The notes beneath the pieces are model-generated. The model searched no databases, had not been told where the DNA came from, and saw nothing but the letters and a program-made list of their open reading frames with translations. Source: Chiloscyllium plagiosum (lineage: Eukaryota). From it: a stretch of DNA of 22,185 nt. Location of the stretch: contig NC_057718.1 in assembly GCF_004010195.1 (NCBI RefSeq), positions 88,139,424 through 88,161,608 of the forward strand. The letters run 5' to 3'. The position numbers and the translations under genes are program-made. Shown here piece after piece: positions 11,334 to 22,005 of this stretch (position 1 is the first letter of the stretch; every line of letters starts with the position of its first letter).

Positions 11334-11344
11334 AAGTGGGGAGG
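11334..11344 (+). promoter_or_regulatory. Polypurine tract of element A
   Basis: aagtggggagg immediately before the TG of the LTR. Confidence 0.88.
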
Positions 11345-12064
11345 TGTTATGAAGATGTGGGTGTACTGTACCTTTAAGAAAGTAAAAGCTAGCAGTGACA
11401 GCACCAAGTATTCTCAACAAGATACAATGTAAAATGTGCTCCAGCTACTGGGATAACTAGTGTAGCTGGTTGCCTGGAAGCAGCAAAACAGATTAGAATT
11501 AGGCCAATCAGTTTAAATTATATCCCAAAAAAATACCAAATTCCAATCCAGTTTGAATTGAGTATATTGGCAATCTTAAAAGCCAATGACTCAATCTGAT
11601 GCTTTGGGATATAAGACCGGGAAAAATTGAATAGTTGGGAGGAGAACTGCCACCAGACCAACAGCTGTAGACTGTTATTCAGAACTCTTTGAGAGGTACC
11701 TGTCTCGAGAAGGAGTTTGCACAGAGAACAACCTTAACATTGACCTGGGGAGAAAATCTACCAACAAAGAAAAAGAGAAGATTCGACCACTGGCTGATTT
11801 TAAAATTTGAATTTTTCTGTAAATTTTAATTGGGAATTTTATTGGACTTGTATTATAGAAGGGAAAGTAAAAGATAGGTTAGAGGAATGAGTGGTAAATA
11901 GTTGTAAGTTAATTATTCCCTGTTCTACTTTAAGAAATAAAGTTGTTAATTTTTACTTGAAATAGTTCTTGGCCACTCGAATGTTTACTAATTACTGCAC
12001 GGGTGAGTCTTTTCTGTGTTGCTGGTCTTAAATTAAGCAGAAGGGTTTACCCCATGTCATAACA
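11345..12064 (+). repeat. Complete 3' LTR of element A (720 bp)
   Basis: TGTTATGA...TCATAACA perfect 8-bp terminal inverted repeat. CCAAT at ~11503, 11543 and 11583; TATAA at 11610; AATAAA at 11936-11941. Confidence 0.92.
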
Positions 12065-13494
12065 CCCAGCGGCCTCAAACTGACTAGCAGTTCTGAACCC
12101 AAACCGAAGGAAAACTGAGCTGGAAGAACTGGCCACTTCCTTTTCATTGTACAAGTGTTTTTATTGGAACTTGAAAGCCTTTTTTCTGAGGCAGTATCTG
12201 TTAGCGTGTAATAAAATTGGCCCAAAAACCCTTCAAACCTCGAATTTTTGGAATCGCTGTTTTTATGATCTCTGTGGGGGAAAAAAAAGCCAAGGACAGA
12301 ATAACCATGTTAAAGGAGCAGCATCATCACTACCACCCCCTTAAAATAATGAACCATCACTATCCAAAGATGGCTTCATTTTAAAGCCCCTTAATCCTAA
12401 CTTGTTAGTACACTACACCACCAATATACATTACATTGATAATAATCACGAAAATATGCACTACTACATTCTGTTTCAGCCTGTTTTACTCCTATTGCCT
12501 AATGCCTTCATTTCTCAATCAAGTCTTAACAATGCGTTGGCAATCATGTTTTCACATCCTGCCACATGCACAATTTTCAAATTGAATGGTTGCAACTACA
12601 AGCTCCATTGAAACAGTCTAGCATTTTTCTCCTTAGATTTCTCCACAAACCTCAATGGGTTATGTTCAATATATGTAATTGTCTCAGATACACCACTGGT
12701 AACATAAACATTGAAATGTTGTAAAGCCCAACACCAAGCTCAAAATCGCCTTCTCAACTATCAGATATTTCTGCTGTTAAATGTTCAATTTCCTGAAGAA
12801 ATACCCAATAGGTCTTTCTATCTTTTCGTTATCTTCCTGTAAGAGCACAGCACTGACACCCACATCACCTGCATCAATAGCCACCTTAAATGGCTTTGCA
12901 AAATTAGATGTGGCTAATACTGGGGCAGTAGTTAACACAGCTTTCAGGCTGTCAAATTCCTTCTGACAGTCCACTGTCCCACTGAAACTACTTGCCATTC
13001 TTTAGCAATCCAGTGAGTGGAGCAGCTACATTGCTAAAATTTGGTACGAATTTTCAATAAAATCCACTCAATCCCAGGAATTGTGGTACTGCTGTTTTTG
13101 TTGATGGTATGGGAAACTCCCCAATTACCTTTGTTTTTGCATCCTGTGGGGCCATTTGTCCATGTCCAATAACGTGGCCCAGGAAGGTGATTTTGGCTTT
13201 GGCAAATACACTTTTAGCCAGACTTATCACCAAGCCTGCCTTCCGAAGTCGATTGAACAAGTCTGATAAATGTTGCAAATGTTCCTTCCATGTGTGACTA
13301 AAAATCACCAGGTCATCTATATACTGTGTATGGCGTAATTGGGTAATCCAACAATGGCCTTATTGGTTAGTCTCCGAAACGTGGCTGGTGCATTTTTCAT
13401 ACCAAATAGCATGACTTTAAACTGATACAGTCCATTTGGTGTTACAAGAGCCGAAATTGTCTTATCTCTTTTGAAAAAAGGTACCTGACAGTAT
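12065..13494 (-). mobile_element. Gmr1-like element B1: RT C-half, RNase H, PPT and partial 3' LTR
   Basis: Minus-strand YCQVP, VTPNGLYQFKVMLFGMKNAPATF, FLGHVIG, FKVAIDAGDVGVSAVLLQ, HVAG.EN.IA. PPT at 12332-12342; LTR part 12331-12065 aligns with 14152-~13885. No integrase after RNase H. Confidence 0.92.
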
Positions 13495-14152
13495 TGTTCT
13501 GAACTAGGGCCAGACCACCTCAAAACATTTCAGCAAGTTAGCCCAGACCCTAAGTTTGCTCATTTGTTTTTAAGCAGGTGTAACGCAGATATTCCAGGAG
13601 GGATACAGCTGGTCAAACCACTTAGTTTTAAACAAAACAGAATTTAGTTACAAGATTACTGAATGAAACACAAAAGAAAGCGAACAAAATACTGAATAAC
13701 CTAACCTATCCAAAAACCCAACAGATCATCCCAAATTAATGATGCTGCTCCAAATTCTTGCAACAATCCCCATAAACACCCATTGGCACAATAGGTAAAG
13801 CCAAACGCAATGTCTTACAGGAGAGATGTCAGAGAGAGATGGATGGCAGCATGGAACACCTTCTTCCATGTAGTTTTTTTGGATGAGCAACCTCAAAACT
13901 ACCTGATTGCCAAAAACCAAGTCAAACCAGAGAGAAACTGAGCTGGAAGCACTGGCACTCCTCTTTCATTGTGCAAGTGTTTTTTTTAGGCTTAAAAGCC
14001 TTTTGTCTGAGGCAGTTCAGTATCTATTAGCGATAATCAAATTGGTCCTAAAAGCCATCCAATCCAGACTTTTCGGATTCATTGCTTTTATGGCCTCTCT
14101 GGAAAAAAAGCCAAGGACAGCATCGCCTTGTTAAAGGAGCAGCATCATCACA
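13495..14152 (-). repeat. Complete family B LTR (658 bp)
   Basis: Minus strand TGTGATG...AGAACA, directly after the PPT. Its ends match 4098-4166, 17930-18093 and 12065-12331. Confidence 0.88.
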
Positions 14153-14536
14153 CCTCACCCCTTAAAAAAATGAACCATCAATATCCAAAGGTGGCTTCAT
14201 TTTGAAACCCCTTTATCCTAAACTGTTGGTACACTCCAACACACATATACATTACATTGACAATAATCATGCAAACATTTTGTTTCAGTCTGTTGTACTC
14301 CTGCCTTCGAACACCTCTGTTTCTCATTCAAGTCTCCACAACGCATCAGCAATCATGTTGTCTCGTCCTGCCACATGCACAACTTTCAAATTGAATGGCT
14401 GTAACAACAAGCTCCAACTAAACAGTCTGGCATTTTTGTCCTTAGATTTCTCCACAAACTTTAATGGGTTATGATCAGTGTATGTGATTGTCTCAGATAT
14501 ATTACTGGAAACCTAAACATTGAAATGTTGCAATAC
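13495..14536 (-). mobile_element. Gmr1-like element B2: RNase H C-terminus, PPT and complete 3' LTR, abutting the broken B1 RT
   Basis: 14153-14536 is a diverged copy of 12332-~12725. PPT aaggggtgagg (minus) at 14153-14163. Confidence 0.9.
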
Positions 14537-15035
14537 CACAATAGTCAGAGGGAAATTGAGAAACAAACTTGTAAGGAGATCTTGGCGATCTGTAAGAATA
14601 ATAGGGTAGTTATGGTAGGGGATTTTAACTTTCCAAACATCGACTGGACTGCCATTGTGTTAAAGGTTTAGATGGAGAGGAATTTCATAAGTGTGTACCA
14701 GACAATTTTCAGATTCAGTATGTGGATGGACCTACTCTTGGGAAATAAGGCAGGGCAGGTGACTGAGGTGTCAGTGGGGAAGCAGTTTGGGGCCAGCGAC
14801 CATAATTCTATTCGTTTTAAAATAGTGATGGAAAAGGATAGACCAGATCTAAACGTTGAAGTTCTAAATTGGAGAAAGGCCAATTTTGACAGTATTAGGC
14901 AAGAACTTTCGAAAGCTGATTGGAGGCAGATGTTCGCAGGTAAATGGACGGCTGGAAAATGGGAAGCCTTCAGAAATGAGATAACAAGAATCCAGAGAAA
15001 GTATATTCCTCTCAGGGAAGGCTGATAGGTATAGG
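14537..15035 (+). mobile_element. CR1 fragment (endonuclease C-half), same subfamily as 4167-8179
   Basis: NRVVMVGDFNFPNIDW, DLLLGN, SDHNSIRF. Closely matches the reverse complement of ~5870-6390. Confidence 0.92.
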
Positions 15036-15480
15036 GAATAGAACATAGAACATAGAAAAATACAGTGCAGTACAGGCCCTTTGGCCCTCGATGTTGCGCT
15101 GATCCAAGCCCACCTAACCTACACTGGCCCACTATCCTCCATATGCCTATCTAATGCCCGTTTAAATTCCCATAAAGAGGGAGAGTCTACCACTGCTACT
15201 GGCAGGGCATTCCATGAACTCACGACTCACTGAGTAAAGAATCTACCCCTAACATCTGTCCTATACCTACCACCCCTTAATTTAAAGCTATGCCCCCTCG
15301 TAATAGTTGACTCCATACATGGAAAAAGGTTCTCATGGTCAACCCTATCTAAACCCCTAATCATCTTGTACACCTCTATCAAGTCACCCCTAAACCTTCT
15401 TTTCTCCAATGAAAACAGCCCCAAGTGCCTCAGCCTTTCCTCATACGATCTTCCTACCATACCAGGCAACATCCCGGTAA
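15036..15480 (-). mobile_element. CR1 3' fragment of a second subfamily with (TTCTATG)n tail
   Basis: FTGMLPGM...SYEERLRHLGLFSLEKRRFRGDLIEVYK...TRGHSFKL...FFTQ. Tail reads atagaac atagaac atagaa on + at 15038-15057. Confidence 0.92.
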
Positions 15481-16529
15481 ACATGGACTTCAGTAAGGCA
15501 TTTGACAAGGTTCCCAATGGGAGACTGATTAGCAAGGTTAGATCTCATGGAATACAGGGAGAACTAACCATTTGGATACAGAACTGGCTCAAAGGTAGAA
15601 GACAGAGGGTGGTGGTGGAGGGTTGTTTTTCAGACTGGAGGCCTGTGACCAGTGGAGTGCCACAAGGATCGGTGCTGGGCCCTCTACTTTGTGTCATTTA
15701 CGTAAATGATTTGGATGCGAGCATAAGAGGTACAGTTAGTAAGTTTGCAGATGACACCAAAATTGGAGCGAAGAGGGTTACCTCAGATTACAACAGAATC
15801 TGGACCAGATGGGCCAATGGGCTGAGAAGTGGCAGATGGAGTTTAATTCAAATAAATGCCACGTACTGGATTTTGGGAAAGCAAATCTTAGCAGGACTTA
15901 TACACTTAATGGTAGGGTCCTAGGAAGTGTTGCTGAACAGAGAGACCTTGGAGTGCAGGTTCATAGCTCCTTGAAAGTGGAGTTGCAGGTAGCTAGGATA
16001 GTGAAGAAGGCATTTGGTATGCTTTCCTTTATTGGTCAGAGTATTGAGGACAGGAGTTGGGATGTCATGTTGCAACTGTACAGGACATTGGTTAGGCCAC
16101 TGTTGGAATATTGCATGCAATTCAGTTCTCCTTTCTATCGGAAAGATATTGTGAAACTTGAAAGGGTTCAGAAAAGATTTACAAGGATGTTGCCAGGGTT
16201 GGAGGATCTGAGCTACAGGGAGAGGCTGAACAGGCTGGGGCTGTTTTTCCTGGAGCGTCAGAGGCTGAGGGGTGACCTTACAGAGGTTTACAAAATTATG
16301 AGGGTGGTACGTGTATGGAATGAGCTGCCAGAGGAAATGGTGGAGGCTGGTACAATTGCAACATTTAAGAGGCATTTGGATGGGTATATGAATAGGAAGG
16401 GTTTGGAGGGATATGGGCTGGGTGCTGGCAGGTGGGATTAGATTGGGTTGGGATATCTGGTTGGCATGGACAGGTTGGACCGAAGGGTCTGTTTCCATGC
16501 TGTACATTTCTATGACTCTTTGACTCTAT
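15481..16529 (+). mobile_element. CR1 3' portion (RT core to tail), same subfamily as 4167-8179
   Basis: MDFSKAFDKV, SGVPQGSVLGP, KFADDTK, LVRPLLEY, LERVQKRFTRM; tail ctatgactctttgactctat at 16510-16529. Confidence 0.95.
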
Positions 16530-16750
16530 AACTCAGTAAGGTTTGTGAGGCAAGATCTACCCTCCACAAAACCATGTTTACTATCCCTAATTAACTTATT
16601 CCTCTCTAGATGATTATAAATCCTATTTCTTATAACCCTTTTCAACACTCTACCCACATCTGAAGTAAGGCTCACAGATCTATAATTTCCAGGGTTGTCT
16701 CTACTCCCCTTCTTGAACAAAGGAACAACATTTGCTCTCCTCCAGTCTTC
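16530..16750 (-). mobile_element. Internal CR1 RT N-terminal fragment
   Basis: EDWRRANVVPLFKKGSRDNPGNYRSVSLTS...HGFVEGRSCLTNL. Confidence 0.9.
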
Positions 16751-17799
16751 ATATGATCTTTTCAAACACAATGTATGTTTGACCAGGGTCCCTCCTTCAA
16801 TTCCTGAAACGTTGTCTGTAGGCTTCTGGCACAAGCTCATATTCATGTAAGATGGCTGTCTTCCCCTCCTCATATGGTCCAGATATCTCCTCTGATAGTG
16901 ATGCGAAGACCTCACTTGCTCTACCTACAAGTTTTGTTTGGATCAACAAAACCCACATGGTCACTAGCCACCGCATTTGTTTAGCTACCTTTTCAAATGA
17001 GATGAAAAAGGCTTCACATCCTTCTCATCAAATTTAGGGAATGCTTGAATATATTTAAACAGTTTCTCGCCATGCTTTGGGCTACCATGGGTGTGCTCGT
17101 CCTCACTCTCTTCCTCACTCAGCTTACCTTCAGCCTGCATCTTCATCCTTTTAAGCTGACTTTCTTAAGTGCCAATTTCTGAAGTACAAACTCCCTCTCT
17201 TTCTTCCTTTCCTCTCTCTCATCTCTCTTTCTCTCTCTTTCCTCTGCTTTTAATCGTAATCCAAACCATTTCATTCCTTGTTTTTTGCCTCTAACTCAAG
17301 CTGCTTCATTTTCAATTGAACCTCAGCCATCTCTAAAGATTCTGATGGCGTTTCTAGCAAATGTAAATGCTGAGCTGCTGCTGTAATTATCTCTCCTTTC
17401 CTCATGGAAGGAGGTAGCTCTAACCCCAGTTTATTAGATTAGATTAATTACAGTGTGGAAACAGGCCCTTCGGCCCAACAAGTCCACACCAACCCGCCGA
17501 AACACAGCCCACCCAGACCCATTCCCCTATGTTTGCCCCTTCACCTAACACTACGGGCAATTTAACGTGGCCAATTCATTTAACCTGCACATTTTTTTGG
17601 ACTGGGAGGAAACCGGAGCACCCTGAGGAAACCCACGCAGACACAGGGAGAATGTGCAAACTCCACATAGAGAGTTGCCTGTGATGGGAATTGAACCCGG
17701 GTCTCTGGCGCTGTGAGGTAGCAGTGCTAACCACTGTGCCACCGTGCCGCCCGCTTGTTGGCTAATTCCCAGAAAACACTTTGTGACTGAAAGAGCCAT
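16751..17799 (-). pseudogene. Gmr1-like gag with SCAN-like capsid C-terminal region, interrupted by a SINE
   Basis: My minus-strand translation: MALS... (ATG at 17799), an E/R-rich coiled coil, then FPKFDEKD, FFISFEKVAKQMRW, LVGRASEVF, YELVPEAYRQRFRN. Contains stops and frameshifts. Confidence 0.85.
17432..17752 (-). mobile_element. tRNA-derived SINE, HE1 / V-SINE type
   Basis: A box tggcacagtgg (17741-17731), B box gggttcaattccc (17698-17686), V-domain tgtggagtttgcacattctccctgtgtctgcgtgggtttcc, CR1-like 3' end ttgggccgaagggcctgtttcc, (ATCTA)n tail. Confidence 0.93.
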
Positions 17800-17907
17800 T
17801 GCAATCCCAAGCACTGTTTAAACCAATTGAAATCAACACCCAGAACAAAAGACACTCACAGCATTTGAGTTCAACAACCCTAATCCCAGTATGGAACTAT
17901 GGAACAA

Positions 17908-17926
17908 ATCCTGCTTAGAGCCCGCA
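17908..17926 (-). promoter_or_regulatory. Degenerate primer-binding site, probably tRNA-Pro
   Basis: Minus strand tgcgggctctaagcaggat versus the tRNA-Pro PBS TGGGGGCTCGTCCGGGAT; lies 3 nt after the LTR's terminal CA and upstream of gag. Confidence 0.65.
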
Positions 17927-17929
17927 ATC

Positions 17930-18093
17930 TGTTCTGGATCAGGCCAGATCCCCTCAAAACATTCCAAGAAAGTAGTCCTGACCCTAACTTAGCTAGTTGT
18001 TTTCAGCAGGTGTAAGGTGGATATTCCCGGAGTGATGCAGCTGGTCAGACCACTTAGTATGAAAGAAAAGAAAACACTGGTTAAACAAAACAG
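17930..18093 (-). repeat. Truncated 5' LTR of a family B element (probably B1)
   Basis: Aligns with 13495-~13640 and 4098-4166; followed on the minus strand by the PBS and gag. Confidence 0.85.
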
Positions 18094-18229
18094 CAATATA
18101 AACACCACTTAGAATTTCAATAAGTGCAACAATCCCTTAAACAATCTTTGATCCCAAAATAATATTTTTTGCATTTCAATCCACAATCAAAAGTACAGAA
18201 AAGAAAGCAATGCATGGTCTTTAGAGTTC

Positions 18230-19610
18230 TTGTATGACCCTACTGATTTCTGCTCTTCAGTGAAATACTGTTAGGGAGTGGGGCCAAGAAATCATTCCCT
18301 CAAAGGATCACTTACTTTTGCTACTTCTTTTCTCTACTCAAAATGACTCTGCGTCTTTCAAATTAAGTTTATTTTAAATGTTGAAACAATTTCATTCTTA
18401 ATGAACAGGGCTACCTTCATATTTCTTAGATTTGTCATTCAGTTATGTCACATGCCCTTCAAGATTAAGATCCCAGCGTTGGTCACCTTTCAACCATGTC
18501 TCTGTAATACCCTCTAGGACAAACATTTATCTCCATCTGTGCTAATCATTTATCCATATTGTTTACAAATGCAGCACGAATTCAGATACAGGGCCTTAAA
18601 CTACTTTTCTAAATCATGTTTACAGTCATTGGTCTTACCTTCTGGTGAGTCTTACATTTGTATGCTCAGTCCATTCCTGTCAAACTCTAGCAAGCGTTAA
18701 CCAAATTACTGCATTGTCCTTTTACTGATGTTTTCCATTACTTCACCCTTCCTTGATTCACCCCTCCCATTCTTAACTTTAAAGCCCTCTCTCAAATCCA
18801 GTTGTACAATTTGCCCCAGCATCATTTAGGTGTGTGTCCATTGGTACACCTTTCACTTTACCCAGTGTTGGCACCAGTGCCCTAGGATTTGAAACTCATT
18901 TCTCCCACACCAAACTTTAAACCACACATTTATCTCTCTGATCTTACTTTCCAAACAACAAGTTAGATAAGGGTCTGCAAATAATAGAGTTTATTAACTT
19001 TTGACAGCATTTTAATTTGGACTCTAGATGCTCATACTCAGCAGAACTATTTGATATAGTTCTAGCTTCCACTATCACTGGAACCTCCCACCCACTATCA
19101 CCCCCTCCAACAATGATTCAATTTCCTCTCCAGCCTACAGCAGATGTCCCAAACTCTGGCACTGAGCAGGTACTTTGTCCTTTGCTGAAGCGAACAGTAT
19201 CCAGCTCCCTGACTACAGTGACCCCTACAAACAGTAGGTTCCAATGAACACCTGCCACTTGAATGTATTTCTGCACCACGGTGCAATGGTGAATTATTTC
19301 ATCCACTCTGCTACCACCATTTTCGTCCATACAGATCCCTGAAACTTTCAGGTTGTTGGACAATAGGAGAGGCTGAAACTTTCAGCCTGTTGGACAATAG
19401 GAGGGGCCAAAACACTTTCACTGTCATCTTCTGAGTTCCCACACCTGCTTTATTTCAGTCACTCCTCTGTCTCTGAGCAAGGACAATATCAGATGACCCT
19501 ATCCTAAAGGGTGTGACTGCCTCCTCAGGTAAAGTGTCCAGGTAACTTTCCTCCTTCCTCATGCAGGTCAGCACCTGCAGCTCAGACTTCAGTTCATAAA
19601 CTCTGAAGCT
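18230..19610 (-). mobile_element. Old CR1 5' half (ORF1 esterase + endonuclease N-terminus), heavily decayed
   Basis: Minus-strand remnants KALYLN, ITETWLKGDQRWDLNLEG, VALFIKNEI (18380-18600) and KIREINVWFKVWCGRNEFQILGHW (18870-18945). Confidence 0.75.
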
Positions 19611-19620
19611 TAGTGAACCT

Positions 19621-22005
19621 TCTTATTCATAAAAGTATCTTTATGTACGTACATAGTCACTAAAGCAGTTTGATTCTGTACAATAGCATATGAAGAAACA
19701 ACCAACATTGGAGTTTGACTCTATCCAACAAAACAATTGAAACATCTTTCTTACTTGTACAAGATTTTACTTACATATATTTGAGGCACCAGAAAGGTCT
19801 GTTTATTGAATAGACCCTCACTTAACTTTGGCAGAAAGACCTCAGATGGTCGTCTTTCTCCACTGCACCTTGGCAGCTGCCTGAAGCTTTAGTGTATCCC
19901 ACAGCACATGGTCTTGCAACTTGGAATGTGCCAGTCTGCAACACTGGGTTGGGGTCAACTCATTGTTCTGGAAGACTAACAAGTTTTGGGCCTACCAGAG
20001 AGTGTCTTTTGCTGAGTTGATGGACCTTCAAGTGGAGTTGATGTTTGTCTGGGTATGCATCCCGGGTAACAGAGCATACAGCATGGAGTCCTGTGTCACG
20101 GGGCTGCTCAGGACAAACCTCAAGTGAAAACACTGCATCTTTCTCCAGATTTTCTTTGCAAAGGCACATTCCAGAAGGAGCTGCCTAAAAGTCTGTAATC
20201 CCACCCCACAACCACTTCAAGGCAGCGTGCAGTGACACAGAGAGTTTGAGCATACGTGAAAGATCTCACAGGTAGTGTCCTTATCACTGCCAGCCTAGCA
20301 ATGTCTTGGTGTTTGTTGGAAAGTTGTGGTGATGTGACAGTCTGCTCAGGGAACCATGCGACAGGATCCATCCCCCTCGCCCCCTCCCCTTTCACTGCGA
20401 GGTCTCGAGAAAGCTACGTGCTGACCACTTCCTGATGGACTTGTAATCAAAGTTATTTCTCTTTGCAAATTTCACCACGAAGGACAGGTGATATGGAACA
20501 GTCCAACTCCTTGCAGTGTTCTGCAGCAACAAGGCCAGTCCCATCCTTTGCAATGCTGGGGAGAGGTAGAACCTCAGTACATAAGAACAGTGCTTGATGC
20601 AGCCACACACAAAGGATGAAGGCAACGTTGAGTATGTTCTTCAGCCCCTTACCCAGAGCTTTTATGAGGTGTCCCTGCAGACACAGTCCATCTTAGACCT
20701 CCACATGAATTGGAATTTTGGCTCAAGTGACTGCAGTTGTGCAGGTTCTGGGATGGGCCAAAATTGGCTCACGTGACTGCATCACATACAATGGAGAGAG
20801 TGCCTCACACCTGATGACCAGGTTTATACTCACAATAGAGACGGAGCGGTGCTCCCAAAAGCCCAGTTTCTGATTCACCTTCTCAGGTTTTGGTGCACAC
20901 ACCGGCCCCTCTGAACCATATCCCCAGCACCTTCAGGGAAGCTGTCCTGATGATGAAGGGGATAATAGATCGGTAAGCCCAGTTCCCAAAGAACATGGCC
21001 TCACTTTACCTTGGTGCCCGAGACCAGTTCGAACTGGTCACAGATGCTCATGAATCTGTGCACTAACAGTGGATCTGAACAGAAGACAGTGACATCTTCC
21101 TTGAAAGGGAGGCTTTGATATCTAGGATCCTGCTGACAGGAGTAGTCCCCTCTCTCAAGCTTGTATCCTTCCTGATTGACTCAGCATAGGGCTCCAAGCA
21201 ACATACAAACAAGACAGGAGGGAATGGGCAGCCCTGCTTGAATCTGGATCTGACTGGGAAGCTTTCAGATTGCCACCCATTGATTGAGACTGCGCTAACG
21301 ATGTTGGTGTGGAGCAGTCAGATCCAATTGTGGATTCCCTCCTCAAAGAGAGCATGTCCCACGTGGGTGTGTGATATCCTGACAAAGGCCTTCTCCAGGT
21401 CCAGGCTGATGAAGCTGGCGTCCACCCCCCTGTCCTGCACGTAAGCAATTGTATCCACGAGGACTGTGAGGCTCTCAGAGATCGTCCTGCCCAGTACAGC
21501 ACAGGATTGGTAGGGGTGAATCACCGATCCCAGAGCAGACCTGGCCTGGTTGGCGATGATCTTAGACAGGATTTTGTATTCAGCAGTGAAACAGGTCATC
21601 AATTTCTAATTGCGTCCCTCTCCCCCTTCCACTTGTGGATGAGGATGATGATACCTTTCCTCATGGATTTGCACATGCTCCCTGCCAGAAGCATACTGTT
21701 GTACCCCTCCAGCAGGTCCTGGCTAATCAAATCTCACAGAGCTGAATACAACTTGGCTGGTAAGCTTCCGGGAGTTTTATTCTGTTATAAGGGTTCGAGG
21801 GCCTTGGTCACCTCATCCAGAGATAATGGTTGGTCCAGCCTCTCCTGTGTCATCTAAGACCTCCGTGATTGAGTTCAGGAACCCGACCATGAGGCTGTGC
21901 TGTCTGTGGGCTCTATGCCATACAGTCTATAGTCTGGCATAAAAGGATTTGCTGATCCTCAGGATATCAGACCCTGATGATGTTACTGAACCATCTTCCT
22001 CCTTC
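19621..22005 (-). mobile_element. Tx1-clade (L1-like) LINE, ORF2 RT to 3' UTR, decayed
   Basis: KEEDGSVTSS..DILRISKSFYARL; YKILSKIIAN...IHPYQ; SLDLEKAF.RISH; SG.KQGCP; C-terminal LSNKHQDIARL...LPVRSF...C; stop at 19842-19844; 3' UTR ends near tttatgaataa. Confidence 0.88.

Larger units (their letters stand above)
8180..12064 (+). mobile_element. Gmr1-like Ty3/Gypsy LTR retrotransposon, element A (5' LTR and gag missing)
   Basis: Protease C-terminus (VVGNDLAG), then integrase, RT, RNase H, PPT and a complete 3' LTR. Integrase upstream of a Gypsy-type RT is the Gmr1 arrangement. Confidence 0.95.

Noticed and set aside
16526..16915. 129-aa ORF as a novel fusion protein
   Set aside because: Chance read-through from out-of-frame gag into a CR1 RT fragment at 16750.
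17680..17752. tRNA gene
   Set aside because: The A and B boxes belong to the SINE head and continue into the V-domain and LINE-like tail.
17551..17814. 87-aa ORF
   Set aside because: Gag start running into SINE sequence.
18310..18315. GTAAGT splice donor on the minus strand suggesting a host exon
   Set aside because: Lies within decayed CR1 endonuclease sequence; no acceptor or coherent exon found.
21974..21980. CTGATGA next to the Penelope fold-back as a hammerhead 5' core (also at 20947)
   Set aside because: It is antisense Tx1 ORF2 sequence with no stem II/GAAA following, and the nearby GAAACGTC is on the opposite strand.
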